From Paraspadella gotoi (taxonomy: Eukaryota > Animalia > Chaetognatha), in NCBI GenBank assembly GCA_051294375.1, contig CM119265.1:17922484-17986483 (forward strand): a stretch of 64,000 nt of DNA. Reading direction: 5' to 3'. Below, piece after piece: positions 1-13,045 of this stretch; positions within the stretch are counted from its first letter, which is position 1; every line of letters begins with the position of its first letter. A model generated the notes under the pieces. It was not told the origin of the DNA. It saw nothing but the letters and a program-made list of their open reading frames with translations, and did not search any database. Made by a program: the position numbers and the translations under genes.

Positions 1-355
1 CCTCGACGACCCTGACGCCGGTGTCGACGGCCGACTCCAGGCGCCGCAATCGCCCGTCGAGGGCCTTCAGGCGCTGCGCCTGCTTGGCCTCTTGGGCGTC
101 GAACTCTTTCCAGAATTCCTCCTTGTGTTTGAGGAGTCGCTCGTCGAATCCGCGGATGGAGTCGGCCACCTCCTGCAGAACCGACGACGCCGCCAGGTAT
201 TCTTCCAAGTAGGCCGAGTTTCGCGGCGACGTTTTGGAGACGGAGCCGGCGCCTGAAGCCCAGTTGGTCGTCGAGGGAGCTTGGGCGGAGGAGAGGGTGG
301 GGAGAAGGAAAAGGGGGAAGAGGAGAAAGGGGAGGTCGGAGTAGAGGAGCGCCAT
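1..355 (-). CDS. 5' part of a secreted coiled-coil protein gene (runs off the left edge)
   Basis: ATG at 355-353 opens a frame with no stop to the window edge: MALLYSDLPFLLFPLFLLPTLSSA-QAPSTTNW...LEEYLAASSVLQEVADSIRGFDERLLKHKEEFWKEFDAQEAKQAQRLKALDGRLRRLESAVD. Hydrophobic signal peptide with a small-residue cleavage site, then a heptad-like helix; GC3-rich codons. Absent from the ORF track because there is no stop in the window. Confidence 0.75.
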   Translation of the reverse strand, partial: MALLYSDLPFLLFPLFLLPTLSSAQAPSTTNWASGAGSVSKTSPRNSAYLEEYLAASSVLQEVADSIRGFDERLLKHKEEFWKEFDAQEAKQAQRLKALDGRLRRLESAVDTGVRVVE

Positions 356-983
356 CTATGGCAAAGTTTTTTTTCCAAAGTGTTTTTTTTTTTATATTGT
401 TTCGTTTTAAATTTGTGACAGATTTTCCTGGAATACAAACGATGTCGAGGACAACGCAAAACTCGAAAAAAAACAACGATTAGGTTATCGAATTTAGTAA
501 CGAAAGAGGTTCCAAAACAAAAGAAACAGATTTGAGGCAAAAGAGACAAAAGTTGAGCAAGAAAAATAAAACGTTGACGACGATGATGTCGAAGACAAAG
601 ATGATAAAGTTGACGACGACGATGAGAGCGACGAAGATGACGAAACCAACGACGACGAAGGAAGGAGTCACGATTTTAATCTTCCATTCGTGGAATTTTT
701 GATCCGATTCGGTCCGAGATAAAAAGGTTTTTATTTTAGGGGAGAAAATAAAAAAAAATATTCTTAGAGTCAAAACACAAAAAAAAAGAACAAAAGGCCA
801 TCTCCCCGAATCTTGGGACAAAAAAAAAAAAAAAAGAATTGAAAAGAATCTTTATATTCGATAAAAAAAAAACTTGGGCCGATTAAAAACGCATTTTTTC
901 CCTCCCTTTTTTTTTCTATCCGGTCCCTGAAGTCGTCGATTTGGGATCGGGATTTCTTTTTCCCCTCTCCTTCCTTCAATTTA

Positions 984-1076
<93 letters not shown>

Positions 1077-1685
1077 ATCGAGTTTCGATTTAGGCATTGA
1101 TTAAAAAAAAAAAATTCAAAGGGGGAAAAAAAAGTAGACGTAATGTGAGGAAACTTGAGATCTGACGTTATGAAAAAAAAGTGATTGAAATCGTGCCGGT
1201 GATGTGATGAAAGCAAGTGACAGATACCTGGAACCAGAAAATATCTTTACCGCGTTTGTAGAAAAGTTTTACTAAGTTTACTAATTTTCAGTCAATCAAC
1301 ACGATAGAAATAATGGCAACTAATATTATTCCTAAAGATTCCGATTTTTTTACTACAACTCTAGTACTTTGGTGTGGCCGACAGGGAATGAACTTTGGTA
1401 ATTTCAGCATTAAACCTGATCTTGGATTTTTTATTTTTTTAAAAATAGTTGACCTTTCACTGGGCAGGGGAAAAATATTGAAGAGATTTATTTTTAACGA
1501 AAATTAACTCGGGCGCAACTTAAGTAAAATGAGACTGATTGTCGAATTATTATTTAAAAAAAGAAAAAATGTAAAAAATAGGGTCGGAACATGAGGTAAG
1601 ACTAAGAGATCGGGATCACATACGTATTCGGAGAATGAAGATTGACGAATCTAGCAGAACAAGACTCGATCGTTGTTATTTTAAG

Positions 1686-3602
1686 AATCAAAAGAGAAAA
1701 TAAAGGACTTGAGAACGATATCAGAAATAAAAGGGGTCGTTCCGCGTCTTCTCTGCGTTCGCCGCGTTCGCCGCGTTCGCCGCGTTCGCCGCGTTCGCCG
1801 CGTTCGCCGCGTTCGCCGCGTTCGCCGCGTTCGCCGCGTTCGCCGCGTTCGCCGCGTTCGCCGCGTTCGCCGCGTTCGCCGCGTTCGCCGCGCCCGCCAT
1901 TCCCGTCTTCGTTACCGCCGATGTCTGATCTCTGGTACTTATCCGACATTTTTTTGCCTCCCCTTCTTCCCATCAAAATTCGCCGCCCGTCAAAGTCAAA
2001 AAAAGGGGAAAAAAAAAAGCCGTCAAAAGATCCATTTGTTAATTACTGACCGATGGAAGGTCAGTTGGGTAATTGGGGAATTGGGAGGAAAAAGAGGAGG
2101 AAGAGGTGACGTGGAAAAAGGGGAAAAAAAGGAAAATATGAAGCCTTGAGGGGAACGAAAAGGAAGGAAAGGGTGTAACGGTGAGTGTATCCGTCGGAGA
2201 AGAGGGGAGGTGGGGGAGAAGGAGAAATACGATTAGTCAGAAAACGAAAACCCAAGAATCCAGGGGTTGTTTTTTTTTCGGCCGCAAAGAATCGTCGCGA
2301 TTCGGAATGAAGGATTGAGCCGTCGTCGAGTCCCTAACTTGGGACGCGCCGACGTTAAGTGGCCGTCAAAGGCGTCGGCGACGCCTTCGACGATCGCCAG
2401 ACGCAAAGAATTCGTCTTCTTCGTCGGAGGCCGTAAATTTACGCCGAAGGAAAAACATTCGGACGTTCGGCGGAAAGTTGTGTTTTTTTTTCCCCTGGGC
2501 TTGTGGGTAGAGCGGAGTGGGAATAGTGGGCGAGGGAGAGAGTGGGGAAGTATATACAGGTAAGCAACACGAGGTAACGATTAAAGGGTTTTAGATAAAG
2601 GGTTAGCAAAACTTGATACAGGGTTAGTTGGTGAAGATGAGTCGATTTGAGGTGGGTGGTTCAGGATGAGTTGCGTCCGGTGGCCATCGGGAAGGCATAT
2701 TTGAGCGAAAAGGAAAAAAAAGTGAGAAAAAAAGAAGGAAATGATAGAAGAGCCAAAGAAAGAGGGAAAATTGGAAGCGGTTTTCGAAAAGATGCGGAGT
2801 CTGATAGTAATGATGATTATTAATTATATTTATACATATATTTAGATATTTATACACATATCTATATATATACAAATATGCTGAACTGAAAAGATATTTG
2901 ATGGTATTGATTATTGATTGAACTATCCAAAAAATATAAACAACTCATTGCCACGGGACCAATTTAAATAGATAAAAGGAAAATTACAAGATATGCGTAG
3001 ACGCATAAAGAATCCACAGACGCGCGCGAACCCCCAAAAATTTATGGAAGTGAGAGGAAACAGACAAGTTGGCTGAGTAATAAAATGAAATATAAAAAAG
3101 AGAGGATGTGAGAAAAAAAAATTAAAAGAAAACATATTAATTGGAAATGATGAATCGATAAAAAATTTGTTAGGTGGTGAAGTAAAGAAAAGTAAGAGTG
3201 AAAATTTTAGCTCAAATTCTGGTGAGTAAAAATAGTTAAACAAAGACAATTATTTAAATTTAGAAGTTCAATAATTCAATAGCTCATTATTGAAATTTAG
3301 AAGTTTAATAATTCCATAGCTCAACCGCTGCATGACGCAAATTAGGAGTAAAACCAAACAAAGCTCGACCGAGAAAAAAAGGCTATGAAAATAACCGAGG
3401 AGAATTTGAAAACAAATTATTAACGGAAGAAATGAAAATAAAAAAAAATCCAGATAAGTTAAACAAGATCTTAAAAAATGAGTCGAAAATGAGCANNNNN
3501 NNNNNNNNNNNNNNNNNNNNAAAAAAAAAAAAAAAAAAAAAAACCCAAAAAACCTCGATATAATCAAACGTTAACAATAACACTGTGAGATAGTGAAAGC
3601 GA

Positions 3603-3656
<54 letters not shown>

Positions 3657-3672
3657 GAGAGAGAGAGAGATT

Positions 3673-3703
<31 letters not shown>

Positions 3704-4014
3704 TGGATGATAAAATTTCGTTGCGCGACGACGACGAGAAGACGACGATGTCTTTACGGGCCGGCGGTGATCCCTTCTCTCACCGAGATGCCCTAACGTT
3801 GTTTTGATTGACAGCCTTTTTTCTCTCATTCGAAAGTTGTTTTTTTTGTTTTTTTTTGTTTCTATTTCTTTTTTTTTTTAAAGATTCGGAAAAAAATTCA
3901 AAACGTTAAGAAGTTTCCGCGAATCTCTTTCGGGGAAAAAAAAAATTTGACGTCGACACGAGAAAGCTTCGGGGTGGAGGAAGACAGAAAGAAAAAGGAA
4001 CTATTTCGCATTTT

Positions 4015-4070
<56 letters not shown>

Positions 4071-4862
4071 TCTCTCTCTCAAGTCCTCTCCCTTTTCGCT
4101 TTCTCTCCAAAACGAAACAAATGAATCTTTGTTTTTTTTCCGAAATTTCCTAGATAAACTTTAATTCCTTCGCTTTTCCCAAGGAACACGAACGACGATC
4201 ACGTGATAAAACGAGATCGCGCGATGCGAACAAGATCACAATTGGTCACGTGATCAGGAACGGGAACCGCGGGATGAGCTCGACACCGCGCGAGATCAGT
4301 GAAACAGGAATCTTATATTCAAACTTGATCACATGATTCGCAATGATAACGAGAAGTATATTTATTTGCCGATGAAAGTATCGTCGGATAGACGTCGATT
4401 GTCGGAATGTCCTTGCGGGAAAAAAGAGCGTTCGAATTCAAAGTTTATTTTTCGCAGTTTTTATGGGAAGAAATAAGATTCAAATTCAAAATAAAATAAT
4501 GTTTATTGGTTTTTTTCTTTCCATAAGTGTAAATCATGCATTTATCCTTTTTTCATTTAAATTTTACAAGAATTGAAATAATATCAAACAAGATAATAAC
4601 AGGATCAACTCTCGATACGAAGCGAGCGTCACGTGATTCTGACTCGGCTCGCGTTGAATAACGTCTGCCAAGAAAGAATTTCGACGTTGAAGGAGTCTGG
4701 AGTGCAGAGGTGAAATTTCGTGGCCCGCTGAGACATTGATGGAGATAAGCTGCGTGAGACATTGGTGAGAATATACTTGAAGACGTTTGATGGAAGTGAC
4801 TGCGAAGTGAAAAGTTGGACGTGGACTGAGGAAACGTTGATAATGAGTGGAAGAGGCATGAT

Positions 4863-4900
<38 letters not shown>

Positions 4901-7854
4901 AGAGAGATAGCAAGAGAGAGCTTAAAAATATCATTTTACTTTTTATTTTCGTTTGGACGATCTTTTACTGTATCGGAACTCGACTATGATCGATGAAAAG
5001 AGAAAAAGATGGAGAACCAAATCGTCGGTGAATGAAGATCGGAGAGAGAGAGAGAAAAGACGAGAAGAGAAGAGAGGAGAGACAGAGAGAGAGGAGAGAG
5101 AGAGAGAGAGAGAGGAGAGGAGAGAGAGAGAGAGAAAGAGAGAGCAGAGAGAGAGAGCAGAGAGAAAACTCTTTTCATTTCCGCGCGAACAATTAACCCT
5201 TTGAAGTTTTCGAGCGAAGAAAAGAGATACTTCGCCGAAAAACACTGAGAAATCCGTTAGGCGATACGAGCTCTAGCGCTTTTTTTTTTGGGGGGGGGTT
5301 GGAGAGGATGGGGTATCGGTGTGTGTATCTCAGAGGAAAAAAGCCATTTTGTAGCGGCGGAAAGAGTAAGTTCGTTAAAAATATTTATTCAGTAAATAAT
5401 GACCTCGTCTCGTGTAATGTAATTTTCGATAGTAGACATATGAGGACGACTTGTAACAAAAGATTTTAGGTAATGCTAATACTAAAATTTTAAATTTTAG
5501 ACCTTTTTTTAAAAAAATGTTTCTTCGGTTTCTAAACGTTTAATTAACCAAAAGTCAATTTTTATTTTTCAGAATTACAAGACGTAGGAAAAATATGGTC
5601 AAATCACGAAATACTTTGCTTTCTTCGCTTGCGGATGAATTTGTAAAAACAAAGTAGGTTTTTGTCATTCTTGGCGTTTTTTAAATTTATTTATTTTTTG
5701 AATATTTGAAAAATGGTTATTTAAATTTTCGGCGGAGCGGAAACCCGGCACAAAAAAAAAATCCGTTTTTTTCTATGCGGGAAACAAGGTATGGAATATT
5801 ACCCGCGAAAATCGATTTGTAAAAAAAAAATAAGAAAAAGAAAAATCGATGAGTTCTTTCAACAGAAAACGATAACAAGTCTTCTGCCCTGAGCATTGCG
5901 TATTGACTTATTTAATGCCGATTCTTCTGTCATTGAGTCATTATGGCTTTATTTATTTCTCCTTTTCTCCTTGCCCATTTCTTTTGTAAACACCATAACG
6001 TAAACACAGTTATCAACTCGGAGATATTAATTACAAAGGAACTCTCGCTAATTTCCCTACCTTTGGGCCAGAAAACGAACCCACCGTGAAATTCCGAAAC
6101 TGGGTGGAATCGGTAGTCCAGGTTTAGAGCCGAAATTATCGGCGAGATTCGTCGTCCGAGATCTAAAGAGGGGAAGATTGCCGATTCGGCCACCGGCACC
6201 TCTTGAGGCGATGATTGATGTCTGCGGAAGATTGAGCTCAATTGGCTAATGCGACGCTTAAATCGACGTACAGGTATTTTCTTTATTCTTTATGTCTTGA
6301 ACATTGTATTTGAACCTTTCTTTTGCCTTGTTGTTTATAATTAATTGAAGTTAATCTTTTTTCAAAACGTTGTTTTCGCTGGATGAAGTCTCGCAAAAGA
6401 ACCGAAACATGCTCCGTTTTTTATGCTAAAATTGACGAAATTGTTTTTTGATGCAACAACGATTTAAAAAAAAATTTTAATATATTTTTATTATAATACA
6501 GACATGATTAGACTCTAATAGCGAGTCTTCATCAGTGCGCGATAATCACCGAACTATGCTAAAATACCATGCTTATGCTACTATGCTAAAAGTACCAATT
6601 TCATAAAAACTTTTCCGTCGCCGGTAATTACAATTCAAAACTTTCCTAAATTACGTATAATCTAGATATTTAAATCTTTATTTGACATTGTCCCTAACTT
6701 GCATTTAAAATGTTCCCGTCGGCGACGACTTTCATTCCAGGTTTAGCCGTTTGTATATCTATTCACAACGACAAATGGAGAATTCTCTCCGAGGATGCAT
6801 GCTCTTGTATTTTTATCATTTTCGGAAAATTGTCTGAGATTCTGATGAAAATAAAAATTAAAATATACCATATCGAAATTTTTTAGGAAAAATATCGAAT
6901 TTTTTTCGTTCCCGTTTGAGAATACGAAACGAGGAAAGCGTTCGTTCCTCGATTTAAATTTTAATTTCTTTTAACATTCTTATCTTTCATTAGTCTTCGC
7001 TGTAATAGCAGTTACGATATTTAATATCTTTTCTTCTTTTTTTTAAATTCTTACTATAATTGGAGAAATTTATGTTACGAAGTTACGAGAGCTGCTTCGA
7101 TAGAGGAATTAATAGTAACCACTACCTTTGTAAATAGTAAATTTTTTTTGTAGCCTCACAAAGAGTAGACCTTTTTTAGACATTCCCTAGCTTTAAAAGA
7201 TAAAAGAAGGTCAGGTCAAGAAGAATAAAGTTTTAAAAGGATTCCGGAACTCATCGAGCAGGAACATCGAAAGAAAACTCGACCATCGCTTTCATTCGGT
7301 CCTCCTCTCTTCCTCCTCCTCCTCTCTCTCTCACCTCTCTGCTCCATTGTGCCTCGCCCGGACCCACGTTTCCCGAATCTTCAATTTAGCCCCTTGCTCA
7401 TATTCACCTGCTGTCCTCGCTTCTCTCCTCCTCTTCCCTCATCCTCAAACGAATGCACACACTCTCCATCCCCTTCGTCTCGGGGCCACCCAGCCTCTGC
7501 GATAGATTTAATTTTTTTTTTGGCGAGGCTTATAAAAAAAGAGAGAAAGGAATATAAATTTTTTAAGTTAAATAAGACTTGAATCGCTGCTTTTAAATCT
7601 TTAAACGCTTTCTCGAAGAAACGCTCTCTCGCTTACTCACTACACCCTTCTCGCTTACTGGTTAGTAGCCATATTCCCATTTCACGCCGATACTCTCTTG
7701 CTCTCTTTCTTTCTTTCTTTCTTCTTTCTTTCTTTCTTTCTTTCTTTCTTCTTTCTTCTTTCTTTCTCGCTTCTTCTTCTTCGTTTCTCTCTCTTCTCTG
7801 CCTTCTCGGATCTCTCTCTCTCTCTCTCTCTCTGATCTCTCATCTTCTCTCTCT

Positions 7855-7888
<34 letters not shown>

Positions 7889-10587
7889 CTCCTCCGTTCT
7901 CTACATACTCTTGTCGCTCTTACCCAGAGGGAAAAGGCTCATCCCCTTGATATTTTTAATCTCACACGAGCTACAGGTCGGTCGAGGTTATAATGCGAAA
8001 TCAACATCCACCCCCCCCTTTCGCATTTTTTTCGCGCCACCTTGAAAGCCCCGTCGATTCGGAGTAAATAAGTTCGCTGAGGAATTGTGCTTGCGCAGCG
8101 GACAGTTAGCCCAGCGTATCTCACCGCAGCTCACCACAGCAGGCAGGATGGAATAAGCGGTGCCTCCTGCGAGGACGCTGTTACGTAGATGGCGTTCGGT
8201 GAGCGTCGATGATTGAATGCCGCGTGTCGTTAAAAAAAACCAAAAACAACTATATCGTACACACATTGGTACATCCACTTAACTTCTCTTAATCGGAACA
8301 TTGGAAGAACAGAAAACATTAACACATTACCTACAATGCGAACTGGCTAAACGTGCATTATTCATGCATAATTCAGAATAGACACCTGGGTCCCTTTCTT
8401 TCTTTCAGTTTTTTTCCAATCGCGTGAATTTCGTTACTTCGAGGTAGTTAGTTACGCATTATTTTTTTTAAAGGTAAGACAATAATTACTCAGCAATAAA
8501 GCGATGAATCTCTTTACAAACTCTTAGTCACATCTGGTACGATAGCAATATGTAAGTTCAAATGTTATACATCATAATTTCAAACCTCGCGTTTTTATTT
8601 TTGCTGAAACATTGTCCGCCCGACGGTCCGAACTAAAACCAATAATACGGATGACAAGCGCGGAATTCGGAAACTCGGATAATAAAAACAAAAAAAGAAA
8701 AAAACGCTCTCAAAGAAAACACACAATGAGATCTGCCGTATTGGATCCGAGGTGTTCGGCGTAATAAAGGGGCAGGCAACTAAATAGGGGGGGAGTTTTA
8801 GGGGGGGGGGGACGTATTGGGGGGGGCGTTAAGAGAGGAGAGACGAAATTCCTGCGGACGATGGAACCAGGTTTTGAATCACTAATTGATGGAGAGAGTT
8901 TTCTCCGGTTTGAGTTCCACTCGAACCCAGATTTGGGGCGTCCCTAACTGATTCTCAACGACGTGAAAAAAATTGAAAGGGGACCTCACCATCACCTCCA
9001 TCCCTTCATTTTCGAGTTAATTCCCTGTCCAAACAACAAAACGACATTTTTGGGCATTTTATTTTATTTTTAAAAGTTTTTTTTGAGCTACAACGATGAC
9101 GATTTTTAAAATCAAGAATGAAAATAGTTATTATATGCTTCGTTCAGAAATGAAAAAAAAATATTCCGTTAATCTTAGATTCAGTAGGGCCAATCTAATC
9201 ATCGAAAACGTTTTAAAACCAATGTCACTATAACATTAAATTCACCGGAGCTCAAATAAATTTTTTTTCCGCTTTTCCGACAAATTCTGAATATCGCGCA
9301 AAGTAAAATTATCAAAGATCGTTCGCTTTATTTCTCGAACACGATGTTTTGAATTCAGACCTTCAATAAATTGAGGGTTCACCGTCCTACGTCCCTCTTT
9401 CGATCCGTCAGTCGGGAAGATTGACGTTCCGCTGCGGTCGACGTCGCTGATTTTACCGTCATCTCTAACGAGTCGCCCCCAATTTTTCTCCGCATTAAAA
9501 ACAAGAGTTTATGCTTTCGTCCTCGAACGCAGTGAAGGAACAGGGGGGGGGGGTGTTTGTGACGAAGGGAGTGAGAGATGGTCGGAATGTTGAGCGGAAG
9601 TATTTGTGAGTAGGATAAAAGAATAATTATAATTTGTTCATAACTGTGATAACAGGTGGTATAAAAATATTATAGTAGGCAACGGGGGGACATGTGTGAT
9701 GCCTGGGTGTACTCGTTCCATCCCAAGCTATACGCGAGGCAAATTTAGATTCGTCACAATAGTAATTATTAAAATTATAGACGCGGGGAACCTAGCTTGC
9801 GATCACGTAGGCGTGAATCTCTCAGTAAAAACAACTTTTCCTCGGTGTCGTGAATTCTTGAACCTCGGCCCGTGAATGGTCCACGACCGTCGCTCGCCCC
9901 TCCTCGGATCCTTCGCGCGGTTGTCGTGAACCTTCGCCCTCTCGATCGTCGACCCGAGACGAGAGGCGTGTTAATGGCGGCGCCGCGGCGCCGAATAGCG
10001 GTCAGAGGAACATGAAAACATGGAAGACATGGTTAGGAGATGACCTCGATGAGAATGTATGAATCCGGTACAAACTCTGATATCCTAAAGCATTGATTCT
10101 TTTCGGCGACAAGAGTCGAAAATCTTTTTTAAAAATAGACTTTTGAAAAGTTAGGCCGAAACGGATTCGACCCGGCACAATCCCCGCCTGTCATCGTGAA
10201 CAACCTCCGTGATTTTTCTTAAACAAGGAAGAAAGAGGGCGTGACTTCTTCCCCGAAATTGTTCACTCGAAAATAATCCCCGCGTCATTCCGCCTCTCAT
10301 TGATGGATGATGACGGGGAGGTCGCGGGATCCAAACCCGACATAGAGAGATCAAAAGAAAATGTCGGTTTTGTTCGCGACCAGAAGAGCGAATCACCGGC
10401 GGAGATCGAGTGCGAGGGGGAAATCTATGAGATTGGGAGGACGATCGTGAATACCATCCTCTTATCTATTGAGGCGAGAAGCTCTTTGAAGTCGCCACTA
10501 AAACCACACCGTTCCTTTTGGTTCAATACCCGGTATTTTTTGGACGCTTCTTTCCAATCGCCAACTCTTTTCTTTAAAATATTTTAA
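1686..10587 (+). CDS. Probable multi-exon gene of unknown product; frames broken by indel noise, not fully reconstructable
   Basis: GC-richer blocks bounded by AG/GT signals (e.g. aaga|gtaagt ~5366, caaa|gtaggt ~5653, tacag|gtattt ~6273). Comparing the three repeat copies gives protein-like pieces such as [93 protein letters not shown] and the terminal ORF 10300-10587. No family recognised; may be more than one gene. Confidence 0.4.
1756..1890 (+). repeat. Perfect 9-bp minisatellite (CGTTCGCCG)x15
   Basis: 15 exact units read directly; encodes (RSP)15 in the + ORF 1642-2049. Confidence 0.97.
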
Positions 10588-11183
10588 AATTCATTATACA
10601 ACGGTATCATTCTAATTCTTAATTACCATATATAAAAAATCACTTTTCAACGTTCTTCGTGTATGTTGAGAAGTAAAATTATTAGATTTAATCCAGTTTT
10701 TTTATTTCCTCTTTCTTTCTATTTCTTCTTTTTCCGATATTTTCTTTTCTTTTCTTTACTTTTGACTTTACTCTTCAAATCTAGATAGTTGCAGCTGTTT
10801 TTAAGAATCCGAGAAAGATAACGAAAAGAAGAAATAACACCAATGAGATTTAAAAAAAAAAAAAAACAAAAAAAAAAATAACAATCAACCAAAAAAAGCC
10901 GCGCGACGGGATTCGTTAACATCTTTCTCCTTCGTCATCATCGTCATCATCCTTCCGTCCTTGTTGTCAGTCAACAACTCTAATACGACAGGCCTTCGTA
11001 ATCGCGCGTCTCTTTACATTCATACGTCTGACGCCATAACTCTCTCGCGTTGTTGATCACTCATCTTCGAAAACAGAATATTATATCGCGTGTATCATCG
11101 CCGCGTCGTTATTAGATCATCGTCGTTCGTCGGCACTTAAGTCATCGTCGACATCGTCTGAAGTCGTTCTCGTTCTCGATTGT

Positions 11184-11221
<38 letters not shown>

Positions 11222-11605
11222 CGACGTGAAAACTTTGCCGCAGAAATGGTTGAAGGGTCATCCGTTTGGAGGCCGAGTGATGAAATCGCAGGTTCGTAAA
11301 AAAACTCATTTTGCCCCTTTGGGCAAAACTACTTTTTAGATGCGTCGAAGCATCTCTCTTGTAAAAAAAAATGAGTCGGCTGTTCGTCGAATATTCTCTT
11401 TTGGGTACAATCAAACCTACTTTTTTAAATACGTCAGGAAATTAGCCTTCACGATGATATCCCACGCGTGATGTCGTAAATCAATTTATTTCGTTTCGTG
11501 TCTCCGGAAAAGAACGTTATCACTCGGATGACTTGACACAGTCCGTAGTGCCCATCGCCAATCTTTTTTAAGTGAGAGTTTTAATGAGGCAGGCCAACTT
11601 ATCTC
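3740..11605 (+). repeat. Copy 1 of a ~7.8 kb tandem triplication
   Basis: Colinear with 11606-19446 and 19448-26761; starts agacgacgatgtctt and ends ggccaacttatctc. Confidence 0.95.
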
Positions 11606-11897
11606 AGACGACGATGTCTTACGGCCGGCGGTGGATCCCTTCTCTCACCGAGATGCCCCTAACGTTGTTTTGATTGACAGCCTTTTTTTCTCATTCGAAA
11701 GTNNNNNNNNNNNNNNNNNNNNNNNNNTGTTTTTTTTTGTTTTTTTTTGTTTCTATTTCTTTTTTTTTTTAAGATCGAAAGAAAATTCAAAACGTTAAGA
11801 AGTTTCCGCGAATCTCTTTCGGGGAAAAAAAAAATTTGACGTCGACCACCGAGAAAGCTCGGGGTGGAGGAAGACAGAAAGAAAAAGGAACTATTTC

Positions 11898-11976
<79 letters not shown>

Positions 11977-12752
11977 AAGTCGCTCCTCCCTTTCGCTTTT
12001 CTCTCCAAAAGCGAAACAAATGAATCTTTTTTTTTTTTCGAAATTTCCTAATAAACTTTAATTCCTTCGCTTTTCCCAAGGAACGACGAACGAACGATCA
12101 CGTGATAAGAACGAGATCGCGCGATCGCGAACAAGATCACGGAATTGGTCACGTGATCAGGAACGGGAACGCGCGGGATTGGCTCGAACACGCGCTAGAT
12201 CAGTGAAACAGGAATCTTATATCAAAACTTGATCACATGATCGCAATGATAACGAGAAGGTTATTTTATTGCGATGAAGATCGTCGGATAGACGTCGATT
12301 GTCGGAATGTCCTTGCGGGAAAAAAGAGCGTTCGAATTCAAAGTTTATTTTTCGAGTTTTTATGGGAAGAAATAAGATTCAAATTCAAAATAAAATAATG
12401 TTTTATTTGGTTTTTTTTTCCATAAGTGTAAATCATGCATTCCGTTTTTTCATTTAAATTTTACAAGAATTGAAAATAATATCAAACAAGATATAACAGG
12501 ATCAACTCTCGATACGAAGCGAGGTCACGTGATTCTGAACTCGGCTCGGCGTTGAATAACGTCTGCCAAGAAAGAATTTCGACGTGAAGAGTCTGCGAGT
12601 GAGAGTGAAATTTCGTGGCCCGTGAGACATTTGATGGAGATAACGCTGCGTGAGACATTTGGTGAGAATATACTTGAAGACGTTGATGGGAAGTGACTGC
12701 GAGTGAAAAGTTTGACGTGGACGGTGAAACGTTGATAATGAGTGGGCAGAGA

Positions 12753-12802
<50 letters not shown>

Positions 12803-12966
12803 AGAGTTAAAAATATCATTTTACTTTTTATTTTCGTTTGGACCGATCTTTACTGTATCGGAACTCGACTATGAGTCGATGAAAAGAGAAAAGATGGAGA
12901 ACAAATCGTCGGTGAATGAAGATCGAGAGAGAGAGAGAAAGAGAGAAAGAAGAGAGGAGAGAAGAG

Positions 12967-13045
<79 letters not shown>

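Noticed and set aside
1756-1890. CRISPR-like or telomere-like repeat
   Set aside because: No spacers, eukaryotic context and no match to a telomeric motif I know; it is an ordinary minisatellite.
4198-4640. Cluster of TCACGTGA palindromes (E-box/CLEAR-like)
   Set aside because: They lie in exon-like blocks where TCA CGT GAT encodes Ser-Arg-Asp, which is the simpler explanation.
8768-8827. G-run cluster with quadruplex potential (also ~44102-44172)
   Set aside because: Homopolymer lengths are unreliable in this assembly and such tracts are common; no functional context.
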